Shown here piece after piece: positions 39,453-51,718 of a stretch of 64,000 nucleotides of DNA (the stretch's first letter is position 1; each line of letters begins with the position of its first letter). The stretch comes from Vairimorpha necatrix (taxonomy: Eukaryota), in the NCBI GenBank assembly GCA_036630325.1, contig CP142732.1, positions 186,001 through 250,000 on the forward strand. Reading direction: 5' to 3'. The translations under genes and the position numbers were made by a program. Below the pieces are notes generated by a model that ran no database searches, was not told the origin of the DNA, and saw nothing but the letters and a program-made list of their open reading frames with translations.

Positions 39453-40716
39453 GGACCAATAACCCCCCCCCCTCTTAGGGTGTTCACTTTATTTATTCGA
39501 ACCCCAAAATCGATGTGCAAAAAAAGAAGGAGCAAAACATAGACAAAAATTACTAAGCACTTATGATAGTTATAATAAGAAATAAAAGTATTTTTTTGAT
39601 ATATAATTTGAAATTGAACAAAGATAAGTTTAATTGGAGGTTTTTTTTATAATATTTCAAGAGAATTTTCGTGATTAATTCTTTTGAAAACAAATGGGTT
39701 TAACCATGGAACAATAAGTTTTTGGGTCCTATACCTAACTGGAATTGCATTTTTAACTGCTGCCCTGGTTCCTTCGATGTGATTAGTATGCACACCTGTC
39801 TCATTGTTTATAAAACCTAAAGAATGGTTTACAGTAAAATGTTGGTAAATTTCTAACTTGGAAAGATTAGTATATCTTTTCCAACAATCTGTATATATAA
39901 TGCTACCAGGTTTAACATATTTAAGAATTGCACTTTCTAGTGTAGGTGCCTTTCTGTTTTCAATTTCCAATAATACTATTTTTTTGGGTGGTTCTTTCGA
40001 CCATCCCAAGAATCCAAACTCCATCGACTTTATGTCCTCTATGGTTTTTTTCTTTTTCCGAATTTAGATTACCCTATTTCTACGATAACGTCAGGACCAC
40101 CAATTAGATCATTACATTCTAGGTCTTTAGCAATGTGTTTTAATGCTCTGTAAACCGCTTTTTTACTTATAGATAGTAGTTTTAATATTTATTTAGCGGA
40201 AGTGTTGTTTAGAAATAAATAAATCGTCTGGCTTATCTGTAACCAGGTTAATTTTGTGCCGAAATAAGGCTTTTTATTTATTATCGTCATTTCTAACCTA
40301 CATCTTTTTGTACTACATCTAACTAGATTTTGTAGTTTCTTTGTCCGTTTCAAAGTACCGAAACATTTTGGACAAAATCTTGACGTCAAGCATAAATCTA
40401 TGCAATTAGACAGTATTTCTTCTATGTCTTTGTATTTTTCTTCTGACATTTTGATGAGAATAAGGGCAAGAAATCATATTATGTAATAAAATAAAAGCAA
40501 TTTTATATGCTCTAAAAACAAATATAAATATGAAATTAATGTAATTTTTTTTAATTTTAAATTCTATATCAAAAAAATACTTTTATTTCCTATTATAACT
40601 ATCATAAGTACTTAGTAATTTTTGCCTATGTTTTGCTCCTCCTTTTTTTGCACATCGATTTTGGGGTTCGAAAAAATAAAGTGAACACCCTCAGAGGGGG
40701 GGGGTCTTTCGGATCC
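39453..40716 (-). mobile_element. Merlin transposon with ~165-bp TIRs, degenerate
   Basis: Long inverted repeats at 39453-39615 and 40555-40716. ORFs 40189-40449 and 39647-40024 (YTDCW, HTNHIEG). Confidence 0.9.
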
Positions 40717-41007
40717 AGCTCCTAAATTTCAAATAAAGATCATTGAATGAAGAGTAATTAACATTTTTGTTTAGTTTTTGATTGTTATTGTTTAATTATT
40801 TTATGACAAAAATTTGTATTATTTTTGCTATTAAATCCTTTAAATTCAAAATCTACGCTCTTTTCTATATTTTGTTTATTTTAAATTTCCCTCTTAAAAT
40901 ATAAAAAAAAATTTGTTTATAGGCAATGATAAATCAAAGATTGGATTGGTGCATAAAAAAGAAAAGATAAGTTTGGAATGACAATAAAGATTTGCAGAAT
41001 ATATAGT

Positions 41008-41349
41008 TGTGGCGTTACCACCAGGGAGGAGGCCTGTTTGTAAGTAGTATTCGATGATGCTCCTCCCTGCAATATTATAAAGTATATTTTTATTTAAATT
41101 GTGTTTATTGTGTTTCCCCTGTGGGCTAGGTTGGTTTCTCATGTGGGGGGGGGTAAGGTATGAAAGGTCTTCCCGATGTCATTATATCTGTCTTTGTTTC
41201 CAGTTCTTCCATCTTCCAAAAATTGGGGTAAAGTAAAAAGAAAATATTTTTAGCAAAATATTTTTAGAAAATTCATTTTGAGGGAAATATAAAATACAAA
41301 TAATGTGGTAAATAATACCACAATAGTATTATAAAAATAGAGTATTATA
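41008..41349 (-). repeat. Probable LTR relic encoding the IIEYYLQTG peptide
   Basis: Begins tgtggc like other LTR ends and contains the gagggaaat motif shared with other LTRs. Single copy. Confidence 0.4.
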
Positions 41350-44300
41350 TGTCACATTTAGTTGGTTGAACCAGTTAGTAGAGGGAACCCTAAAAAAATA
41401 TTAAAAAAAGACCCCCAGGGGAATCGAACTTGGGACTTCTCGAAGGAATACAATCACAATGAACGACTTTTTTGAGACGGTTCAAAATTTGTCCAAATTA
41501 TATTATGGGGTATATTTCGAGTAATTTTATATAAATTTGGAGGAAAAGAAATAAAAAAATAAAATAAACAACTTTTTTAAAAAAATTATTCGTTATCAAG
41601 CAAGCTTAGTTCTCTAGTGTAAATTTTTTTCTATAATAACCAATGGATCAGCTTCTTTAGATAATTTTACTTTATTAAATTGAAGTATATTCATTAAAAT
41701 ATATACATCGACATCCAAATGATCGTATAGAGGAAGCCTTCCAGTACTATGATTATTGTCTAAATATGGTCTTATAAGAACCCTATCTCCCAATTTATAT
41801 TCATAGAAGTCATTTCTCCACATACTTCTTTCAATCATTCTATTAGCAGCATTTTGAGTATTAAACCGTGCAGATTTGTGGTAAATTTCATTTAAAAAAA
41901 GATTTTCATTGCTTAAAGCATATAGTTCTTCGTAATTTACGACGTTATTTTCGTCAAATAAAATTCTTCTCTTCGTTCTTCTTCCTCATTTTCAACTTCG
42001 TTATTATTTGCAACCGAATCTAGAATATCAGTAAATCTAGATTCTTGCATTATGTCTTTAATGGGCTTACCAAACATTAAACTAAATATAGTTTGTTTAG
42101 TTGTTGAATGCCTTAAGTTGTTATATGCCCAGGTAACTTCTTGGCGTACTATTGTCCATTGCCTAAGATATTCTTCGACCTCAGAGTAGATGCAATCATC
42201 ATTTATTTGTTTGATTGGATCGTTCAATTTGTCCTTGTATCTGTGGTATCCCGGGCTAACTTTGCCGGGGAGTAAATACCACTCTATATTGTTTTTAATA
42301 TAAACGTTTTTTGCTATAATTTGTAAAAGCTTCTTTAAAATCCGATCCTCTCATCTATCTCCTTTTTTTTTGTACCCTTCCTTTCTGAGATTTTATTTAT
42401 AGTAAATATTTTTCTAGAAAATTCTATGATAGTTTTGACAGGAAGGGAAATAAAGTAAATGTTGAAGACTAACAGTCTACAACATCCTGCCCCCTCTCAA
42501 AGCTTTAACTGTTTCCTGTGAAACCATCCTGTAAGTTCATTTAATTTGTACCATAATCCATTCTTCTCCTTCTGATTCACCCTGTATGGACCAGTAAATT
42601 TTTTATCGAGTTTATTTGTAGAGAAGTTCCTCACATAAACTAAGTCGTCGACTTTAAGCTCATAATTATCTGTTTTCTTTTTGATCTGTCTTTTTCATAT
42701 TATATCAATATCTATTTTTTCTTTTATCCTAAAAGGGTCATAAAAATTTATTCCTGTTTGTAAAGACATAGGTGATGCTTTTATCCTTCTATGCCAATTT
42801 TCGTTTAGCTTATGTTCAATTATGCCTGTTAATTCCTTCAAAGATCTTCTTTTATAAATTCGTCTTGTTTCTCCAATAGTTCTATTTATTCGTTCACTAA
42901 TGCCGTTAGAACTGGGGCTGTAAATGGGCGCCTTGATGTGTTTAATAGTATTCTTATCAAAGTATTCTAAAATGTCTTTTGAAATATATTGGCTTCCATT
43001 ATCGCTTATAAAGATTTCTGGTTTCCGATATTTTTTATTCCATAATTCAATGCAATTAATGATTTCTTTTGAATCTGCTCTGTAAACAAATCTAATTTGA
43101 GATGTTCTTGAATAAACATCTGTTGTGGTAATAATATATATTTTCCTCGGTTTCTCCGAGATCTCTAAATCCCTGGCTAATATAGGCCCATAAATATCGC
43201 TACTAATAGTGTGAAACTTTCTTTAGAAGTGATTGCTAACCCTTTACATTTCACCGCTTGATGTTTATTTTCCTTGCATTTTACACAATTTTTTATTACT
43301 TCATTAATATTCATTTTAATTTTAGGGATATAAAAATACTTTCTAATATTGTTGTACATCACACTACTTCCAGTGTGTCCTGATATATCGTGTATGTATT
43401 CTAACAAGAATTTTATCTTATTTCCTGGGATATCGATCCTCGATCTAGATGCAGATTTTTTATTTATATTTCTATGTTTTTCAAACCTCGCGTTGCCTAC
43501 ACATTCTTTTATCGTTTTTATATATTCATCTTCGTTATTGTTGTTTTCTTCCGTTATAGAACACGTTCTCGATAAATAATCTGCTATATTGTTTTCTGCC
43601 CCCTTGATACTTGAAATACTGCAATTATATCCATTTAAAAGCAATTTCCATAGTTCTATGCGTGACGATATCTTTCTATTATTGTAGATACAATTCAAAT
43701 TATCCGTTTTGATTTCAATATGATAACTTTTGATTACATTCTCATAGAATTGTAATGCTTTTATAATTGCAAATAATTCCTTTTCTACTATAGAGTAATT
43801 ACATTCCGTAGGCGACAGTTTCTTGCTATAGTGTCCTAACACACCATGTTCTTGAAATAGGACTGCCCCTATGCCTAAATCGCTTGCATCTGCTTGCAGG
43901 TAAAATACTTTTGTGAAATCTGGGAAATCTAGAGTTGCCTTTTCATTAAAAGGTCTCTTTACCTCTTCAATTATTTCTTGTTCGTGTTCTGTCCATTTGA
44001 ACTTATCATATTTTAAAAGTTCACTGACTCTTGCTATTTTAGAACTCAGGTTTGGTACGAATACTCTGTACCAGTTTAAAACACACAACAATCGCTGTAA
44101 ATGCTTCTTCTTTGTGGATTTAATATCAAAAATGTTGTTTTTCAAATATTCTTTATCTGCTTTAATCGTCTCTTTACTTATAAAATACCCCAATACCTTA
44201 ATCGCTTTCATATATAATTGAATCTTAGAGAATCCAAATAATTTGTATAATTCAAGATAGTACTTCTGCTAAGATTGCCGACAGGTCTTATATCATCTTT

Positions 44301-46415
44301 ATTCAGTTTCTCCAATTCTCTTTTAATTAGTAATTTACCATTATTTTCAAGACTCATATATTTAATAGTTAAAACTATATTTTTAGAAGATCTGTATAGT
44401 TCAGGATTTATTTCTTTTCAAATTAAATTGCAAATTACTTACTAAACCATTGTAACCGGCATTTCTTGGATCTTCAAATATAAATCTCAATCTTTCAATG
44501 TCAAGCTTCTCATTACTTTCAGGAATTAAAGTGTTAAGTTCATTGTTTTCAGTTATGTCTAAAGTAAGAATTTCCCCTAGTTCAACATTATCTTTTAACA
44601 GTAGTTCAAATTGGCTGGTTAGGGTCATGATGTTGTGTCATTTTTATGAATTGTTAATTTCGAGATTTCCTCTTTCATTGTCCTTAGCTTGGTCAAGTAT
44701 GCTTCAATGTTATGAGCATCAAGACTTTCAATTAGGAGTCTCCTAGTTTTTTCTCCTAGGCCTCTCTTAAAACATTCCCATAACTTCTATTATATTCGTC
44801 TTTATTAATCTTGTTAGCTATACTATAATTTAATGTACTTGTTTATATAGTCATAATATTCTCTTATTGTTACAAAATCTATTTGTTTGACTGTATAGAT
44901 TTTATCCATCCACCTCTCTGTTTTTTCCGCAAAATTCTTTCCTAAAATTCTATCTGTAACTTTAGCTAGTTCTCCATTAAAAATATTATCGTCTAGTGAC
45001 TTGTCAGGAATCAAGTCTCCTAAAATGAGCTCGTATTGCTCAGATGTCCAATTATTTCTCCTACATATTTTTTCGAATGTTTCAAACCATTCGCACATAT
45101 CAAATCTTTGATTGTTCTCGATCATGTTAAGTTCCTATTCAATTTTCATTTCGGTTCCTGGAACAGTAAAATTTATTTTAACTATTTTTTTATTTATTTC
45201 GGTTTCTAATATTTGAGCTAGTATTCTACTTACTCTCGCTCTTAAATTCAAGTTGTGGTATCCCGGGCTAACTTTGCCGGTGAGTAAATACCACTCTATA
45301 ATGTTTTTAATATAAACATTTTTATTATAATTTGTAAAAGCTTCTTTAGCTTCTTTAAAATCCGATCCTCTCATCTATCTCCTTTTTTTTTGTACCCTTC
45401 CTTTCTAAGATTTTATTTATAGTAAATTTTTTTCTAGAAAATTTTATGATAGTTTTGACAGAGAGGGAAATAAAGTAAATGTTAAAGACTAACAGTCTAC
45501 AACAGTATCCAAGGACATCTAGCTCTTCCTCTTACACGTCTTATTTCATACTTTACACATAAATTCACGATATATTGATTAACAAATTCTCTACCGTTGT
45601 CGGTATGAAGTATAAAACAAAATCCAAACGTATTGAATAGTGCTTCAAAGGCCTCACGCACACTAATGTCAGTTTTGTCACGCAATGGAATCGTCCAACA
45701 GAACTTGGCAAATGGATTCACTACGTTAAGTAACCATTTATATCTATCATTGAGTTCGTGATACAATCGAAAATCAATCAAATCAGCAATATCCCTTTCT
45801 CTAGGAAATTTTGAAATGATTGGTCTAATAACTGGTCAAGTTATTAGGTTTCTTCTTGCTTGACAAATATCACAATTTTTCAAAACTCTCAGTACTTCGT
45901 TTTGAGTAACGTCGTATACTTTTGATTGTAACAATGGATACAATCTGCCCCGCCCAGGATGTCCATTAGAAACATGAATCAGTTTGATGAAATCCGATTT
46001 GAAACGCTGCTCATTGGTTGTAAAGAATCTCAATGATCTATATTGATCTACTTTAAACCTCACAGTTAGTTCAAAGTTTCCATTGTTGTTTTTTTCAAAC
46101 AACATGAAACGTTCAGCTTTTCTTATAAAATTTTTACGATCAACTTTGTCCAACAACGTTGGTGGCAGCTGACCATATAATAAAAAATTGTAAACTTCTT
46201 GTCTATATCATTGTTCATTTATATTCTCATACCCCCACAAAACCAAAAATTATTTACTATAAATTGAAGGATAATTTTACTGTAATTTCTTAATAATATT
46301 TTTTTTCCTTTCTAAGTAAATTTTGTTCTTCTTCGAGAGGTCCTAAGTTCGATCCCCACAGAGCTCGTTTTTTAGGGTTCCCTCTACTAACTGGTTTCCT
46401 CTACTAACTGCGACA
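41350..46415 (-). mobile_element. Ginger-like (integrase-type) DNA transposon interrupted by an LTR element
   Basis: ~100-bp imperfect TIRs TGTC...GACA. Integrase fragments 45836-46156 (HHCC) and 45497-45781 (TDNGREF), continuing QGQIERSNQT below 42241. Confidence 0.82.
42242..45504 (-). mobile_element. LTR element of the palindrome-PBS group: gag, RT C-terminal part/RNase H, integrase; no protease or RT core seen
   Basis: LTRs 42242-42484 and 45254-45504. TSD gtatc. PPT GAGAGGGGGCAGGA. ORF 43177-44211 (ADASDLGIGAVL, HHCC). Confidence 0.92.
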
Positions 46416-46934
46416 TTAAATACCCAGCAATAGAATGCACTAAGGATTTTGTGAAATACAACGCTTATCCCTTTAAACATCGTACCATTTTTAAGTGAGC
46501 TCTTCGAACTACATTTTTTATTAACACAACGATAAGCTTTGCCGTTAATGTAGCCGGAACCTCCACTAATGTTCATAAGAACAGTTCGTTCTGATGTCGA
46601 ACAATGTCTGCAAGCAATCGATCTTTTTAGAAGACCATTATCTAAAAAAAATCAATTGCTGCTTCATTGTTCATAAAGCACGCATCTTCGCAGATATTTA
46701 GCTCTCGAATAGCTTCCTGCAGATTCCTCATTAAGGGGTTTAAAATTAATTTTTTAACTTATTAATGAGAAATCTGAAGGAGGCATTTAAAAATTCTCAA
46801 ATCGACAAAAAATACCTTATCTTCATTTTCTTGCCCCCCCCCCCTCAAAAAAAATGTTTAGATTTGAAAAATAACACGATTTTGTATCTTTTTATTGATG
46901 TTTTTTTTAGGGGGCAAGAAAATGAAGTAGCGCC
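46416..46934 (-). mobile_element. 5' fragment of a Merlin transposon
   Basis: YRCVNKKCSSKSSL...FYCWVFN resembles the N-terminus of ORF 36510-36959. Subterminal inverted repeat at 46820-46928. Confidence 0.65.
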
Positions 46935-46981
46935 CCTTTTCGGTTAAAATTTCATGTTCTGTGAAACTAATACATAAATTT

Positions 46982-48291
46982 GGAGCTTTTTCACTTTATG
47001 CCCCCCCCCTACATATATAAATACAAATTTTTAAAAAATATCCCTTTTTTAGAAAATCAAAATGGAAAAAAAAGGAGGAGAAAAAAAAAATTAAAAAAAG
47101 TACATAAAAATAATCTAATATACAAAAATAAATAGATGAATCATATCAATTTTATTATACAAATATAAATTTAACTCTATATGTCATCATACGGTCCAAA
47201 TTTTTTACTTACTATTTTAATTATCATAAATAATAATAAGTAATGAAACCATACAATAAATTCATTTATTTAAACTTATTACAACGATATATAAATTAAA
47301 ATGACGATGTAGTTTTCTTTGTAGCAATTTTAAAAAATTTAATTTTAGTGCCCCATTTTTATGCTTACTTACGAAGAAATAAATAAAACATACGAAGAAA
47401 TTATTTATAAACTTCTTCAAGTAAAATGTTTCAAATGCGGGAAAGAAGCTAGGAAGAGACAGCAAAGGGGTTACTATGTCAGATGCATTGGTAAAAAGTG
47501 CAAAAAAGAGAGGAGCCTTTTTGCAAATACCATATTTGCCAAAACCCATTTGGATCATATACTTATGTTAAAGATCCTGAACCTCTGGCTCACAAAAATC
47601 CCACCTCTACTAATCGCCAAGTTGTTATATATTCCCCTATGTGTTGTATCGAGGTGCCTTAAACAGTTTTGTTTGGACGAGGCTTACCATAAATACATGG
47701 AAAGTGCAAGAGAGACACTGGGCGGTAAGGATACAATCGTAGAAGTAGACGAAAGCAAATTTGGAAAACGTAAATACAACGTTGGACACAAAGTAGACGG
47801 AGTATGGGTTTTTGGGATGGTCGAACGGACTAAAGAAAGAAAAATTTTATTAATTCCTGTGCCTAATAGAACTAAAAATATCCTATTAAATCCTATTGCC
47901 ACATTTATTAATAATCAATCCACTGTTTATTCTGATATGTGGAAAGGATATTCAAAAATGAACCAGATAATGGCAAGCCACATAACTGTTTACCATGGCA
48001 AATGGTTTAAAGATCCCATTATAGGTGTGCACACTAACACCATAGAAGGGAATTGGTCAGCTATAAAACGCCAAACGCCTATAAGATGTAGAACTACTTG
48101 TTTAATATATCCCCATTTGTTAAGATTTATGTTGCTTAGAAACTTTAAAGACAATTATTTTGATGTTTTAATAAATTTATTATTTTAAGTATTTCTCCTC
48201 CTTTTTTTTCAATTTTGATTTTCTAAAAAAAGGGATATTTTTTAAAAATTTGTATTTATATATGTAGGGGGGCATAAAGTGAAAATTGGCC
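46982..48291 (+). mobile_element. Merlin transposon, apparently intact
   Basis: ~100-bp TIRs and a 9-bp TSD cataaattt. Confidence 0.95.
47361..48188 (+). CDS. Merlin / ISXO2-like DDE transposase (275 aa)
   Basis: Cys-rich N-terminus, VEVDES, YSDMW, HTNTIEGNW. Confidence 0.93.
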   Translation: MLTYEEINKTYEEIIYKLLQVKCFKCGKEARKRQQRGYYVRCIGKKCKKERSLFANTIFAKTHLDHILMLKILNLWLTKIPPLLIAKLLYIPLCVVSRCLKQFCLDEAYHKYMESARETLGGKDTIVEVDESKFGKRKYNVGHKVDGVWVFGMVERTKERKILLIPVPNRTKNILLNPIATFINNQSTVYSDMWKGYSKMNQIMASHITVYHGKWFKDPIIGVHTNTIEGNWSAIKRQTPIRCRTTCLIYPHLLRFMLLRNFKDNYFDVLINLLF

Positions 48292-48308
48292 CATAAATTT
48301 ATAAAAAT

Positions 48309-51300
48309 TGTCACTGTTCGAAGCGAACTCCTAGGTAAAAAATTATAAAAAACCTTTTCAATGAGGGGGCGAACCAGAAAATAAGAACAAATAATTGTTC
48401 GTCTATATGATTGCCTAAATTTTGTCTCGATTTTTTGAGGGGTAAATTTTTGCTATTTTTTTTATAATAATGGGTGGAAATAATGAAAAAAGGAGAAAAA
48501 TAAAATAAACAAATTTTTTAGTAATTTATTCATTACCATGCAACCTTAGATCTCTAGTACTTATTTCTTCATTATAATGCCATATTCATCTTCTTTGCAT
48601 AATTTTACTATATTAAATTGTATTATGTCTGTTACAATATAGACCTCAGCATCTAAATGTTATAAAGAGAATGTCTTCTTGTATTGACGTTGTTGTTTAA
48701 AAAAGGTCTTATAAGGACTCTATCTCCTATTTAAAATTTTAAAAATCATTTCTTCACATACTTCTTTGTCAAAATTATCTGCAGTAATTTGTGTATGAAT
48801 TCTAATTGCATCATGATAAATTTCAATTAAAAAAGGTTTGTGTTATTTGGAGCATACCTCTGTTGTGTTTATCCATTAATATTGCAATCTAGAACATCTG
48901 ATAAACTTTATTTGGCATATTTTTAGTCCTTACACTTTTGTTCGTAACTTTCACTATTAATCGATTCTAGAATACCCGCGATTCTAGACTCGTCCATTAT
49001 TTCCCTGATGGGTTTATCAAACATCAGAGAGAATGGTGTTTGTCTCGTAGTAGAGTGTCTTAAATTATTATAAGAACAGGTAACTTCTTCTCGTATTTTA
49101 TTCTATGACCCAAAATATTTTTTGTCCCGAGAGTAGATGCAATCATCCACTTTATTGTTTGATTGCATTTTTCTATCTGTCTTTGTATCCATGAACATCT
49201 AAGCCTCCCCCTTACTTGTCTTATTTCATATTTCTGACATAAATCAACGAGTGTTTGTTTTACAAATTCTATGCCGTTATCAGTATGAAGTATATAACAT
49301 GAACCAAATGTTCTAAACAATGATTCAAAGGCATTCCCTACACTAATACCTGTTTTATCAAGCAGTGGTACCGTCCAACAAAATTTGGTAAAAGAATCTA
49401 CAATATTCAAACACTTTTGGTATCCTTCATTAAGTTCAGAATATAGCCGGAGATCAATCAAGTCTGCAACATATCTTTCCCTTGGATACTTTGCTACAAT
49501 TGGTCTAATAACTGGTCTAGTTTCTATGATTTCTCTTTGATTGACATATATCACAGCTATTCAAGGGTCCCCATAAATTTGACTACAGGCGAATTTACGT
49601 TTTCTCGCCAAAAGTTCAATAATGGTTGTTTTCGCCAAATTTTTTTTCTTTTTTGCCGAAAATCACCCTTAAAAAATCAACGGTAACTTTGAAATTTTTA
49701 AGGCCAACGTGGAGAACAAAATCTTATCTATGAAGATCTGATATACACTTTAGACTATGCTAAGGACGCCACTAGACGATGGAGGTACAGTAAAAGGTCT
49801 TGTGGGGAGCCGTTACAATGAACGAACTAAACAAAATCGTTAAAAATGTTATTCATCCACATGAACCAGTACCTTTGAATGCATGTTTAAAAGAACTTTT
49901 ATTTAATGAGAGAACAAGTTACTACAAGCAATTATATTTTCCTGGAAATTATAAATGTCAACTCCCAGCATTGTCACTCAGCTTAGATATTACTAAAATG
50001 CCTTCAATAGAATATTTAGAGATACAATCAAACGAACAAGAAACTCAAGATTCAGATTTATAACTGGTTGCATCATGGATATACCCGAAGTCTTTCAGGT
50101 AGATTCTAAAAAAAATCGTTTTCTTGGGTTTGATAGTGGTATGCTGTATTTTGATAGTGGTGTGCAGTATTTTGATAGATTTATAATATTTTTTTCAGAA
50201 TTCAAAAAAAAAGTATGATTCAAAAAAAAAGTATGATTCAAAAAATAGACACGTCCGTTGTTGATGGAACGTTTAAATCTTTTACTCAAGGCTTTTACCT
50301 AATTGTCGTCTTTCGTGGACATATATTTGGCAAAACTTTTCCATACATTTATATTTTACTCAGGGGGAAAAGTGAAAGGTCATATTCTAGAGCCTTCGAT
50401 AAATGTAAGGAATTAGTTACTATGAATGTTGAGAACTTTGTGACTAATTTTGAAAGAGAATTGGTCAATGCATTACATTTTCCAGAAACAAACTGTAATG
50501 GATGCTTGTTTCATCTATTGCAGGCAGCCTATAAAAGAGCCGGTGCAATGGGGGAAAAAGAAAAGTTTAAAAATGATTCTAACTATAATTTAGTATTCAA
50601 AAAGATTCTTAAATTAGCTTTTGCACCAATAAGAGATGTTCCGGTTTTTTATAAAGATATAAAGAAATTTATCCAAGCTAATTCAATTACAACTACAGCT
50701 AACTTTCAGCTATACTTTGAAAATAATTACTTAGTTATTAATGTAACAAGAAAGATAATGAGAGGAGAGCTGTCGCCAATTTAAATTTTTGGAATGTATT
50801 TGATAGGGCAAAAAATGAAATTCCTTTGACTTCTAACAACGCAGAAGCTGGAATATAACTATCAACAAAAGGATGGAGACAAAAATTAAATATGCTCTAT
50901 TTATTTTAAAAATACTCGATTGTGAAGAACTGGATATATATAATCTAAAACGCTATAAAAATGGATTATTCGAAGCTAAAAAAACACAAAAAGCGGAGGA
51001 TAAAATTCAAATAATCGTTAAAAATTATAAACAAAATTCGTGTGAAGAGTACATGAATGCTTTATTGCAACACAAGAATTTTAAATGCGAATAAGTAAAT
51101 TGAATATTCTTATTTTTCTTATAAATGCTTTTTAAATAACAAATAAATTTTTTATTAAAATTATAATAAAGCTTATCAAATCTTTAATTTTTTCTTGATA
51201 CCAATCAATTTTTTTTAGCGAAAAAACGAACAAATTTTAATTTTTGCGAAACCCGTATATTCGCCTGTAGGCGAATTTACGGTTACCGGATACTTTGCTA

Positions 51301-51610
51301 AAATTGGTCTAATAACTGGTCTAGTTACTAGATTTCTCTTTGATTGACACATATCACAGCTATTCAGACCCTCTGGATATCTTTTTGTGTTGCGTCGTAG
51401 ACTTTTGTTTGCAATAAAGGAAACAATCTGTACCGTCCCGCATGCCCATTTAAGACGTGGATCAATTTTATATAATCGACTTTGAATCGTTGCTCGTTGG
51501 TGGTAAAGAATCTATATGATCTATATAGACCTACTTTAAATCTCACCGTGAGCTCTGTGATACGTTTCATTATATCCTCAAAAAGGATAAATTTTTGTGC
51601 TTTTTTTCCG
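48309..51610 (-). mobile_element. Second, diverged Ginger-like element (one terminus), split by a MULE
   Basis: TGTCAC terminus. ORFs 49060-49554 and 51364-51660 are homologous to 45497-46156. Confidence 0.8.
49566..51287 (+). mobile_element. MULE transposon, degenerate
   Basis: TIRs ggtccccataaatttgactacaggcgaat / rc ggtaaccgtaaattcgcctacaggcgaat. VDGTF and GCLFH motifs. Confidence 0.88.
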
Positions 51611-51718
51611 GAAAGCATCTTGGCGTATTTACCTGGAATTGTGCCAGTGGCAAGAAGCATTTAATAATGCTACTGTTATGTTTACCGTAAATTCCCAAGA
51701 TAGGTGTAAATGCATTTA

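Noticed and set aside
41345-46420. TSD for the Ginger-like element (ttata / ttaaa)
   Set aside because: The match is imperfect and the two flanks belong to different elements.
47361-48188. Bacterial IS1595 or contaminating prokaryotic DNA
   Set aside because: These elements are interleaved with LTR, SINE and Helitron elements and carry host-type CCC motifs, which fits eukaryotic Merlin.
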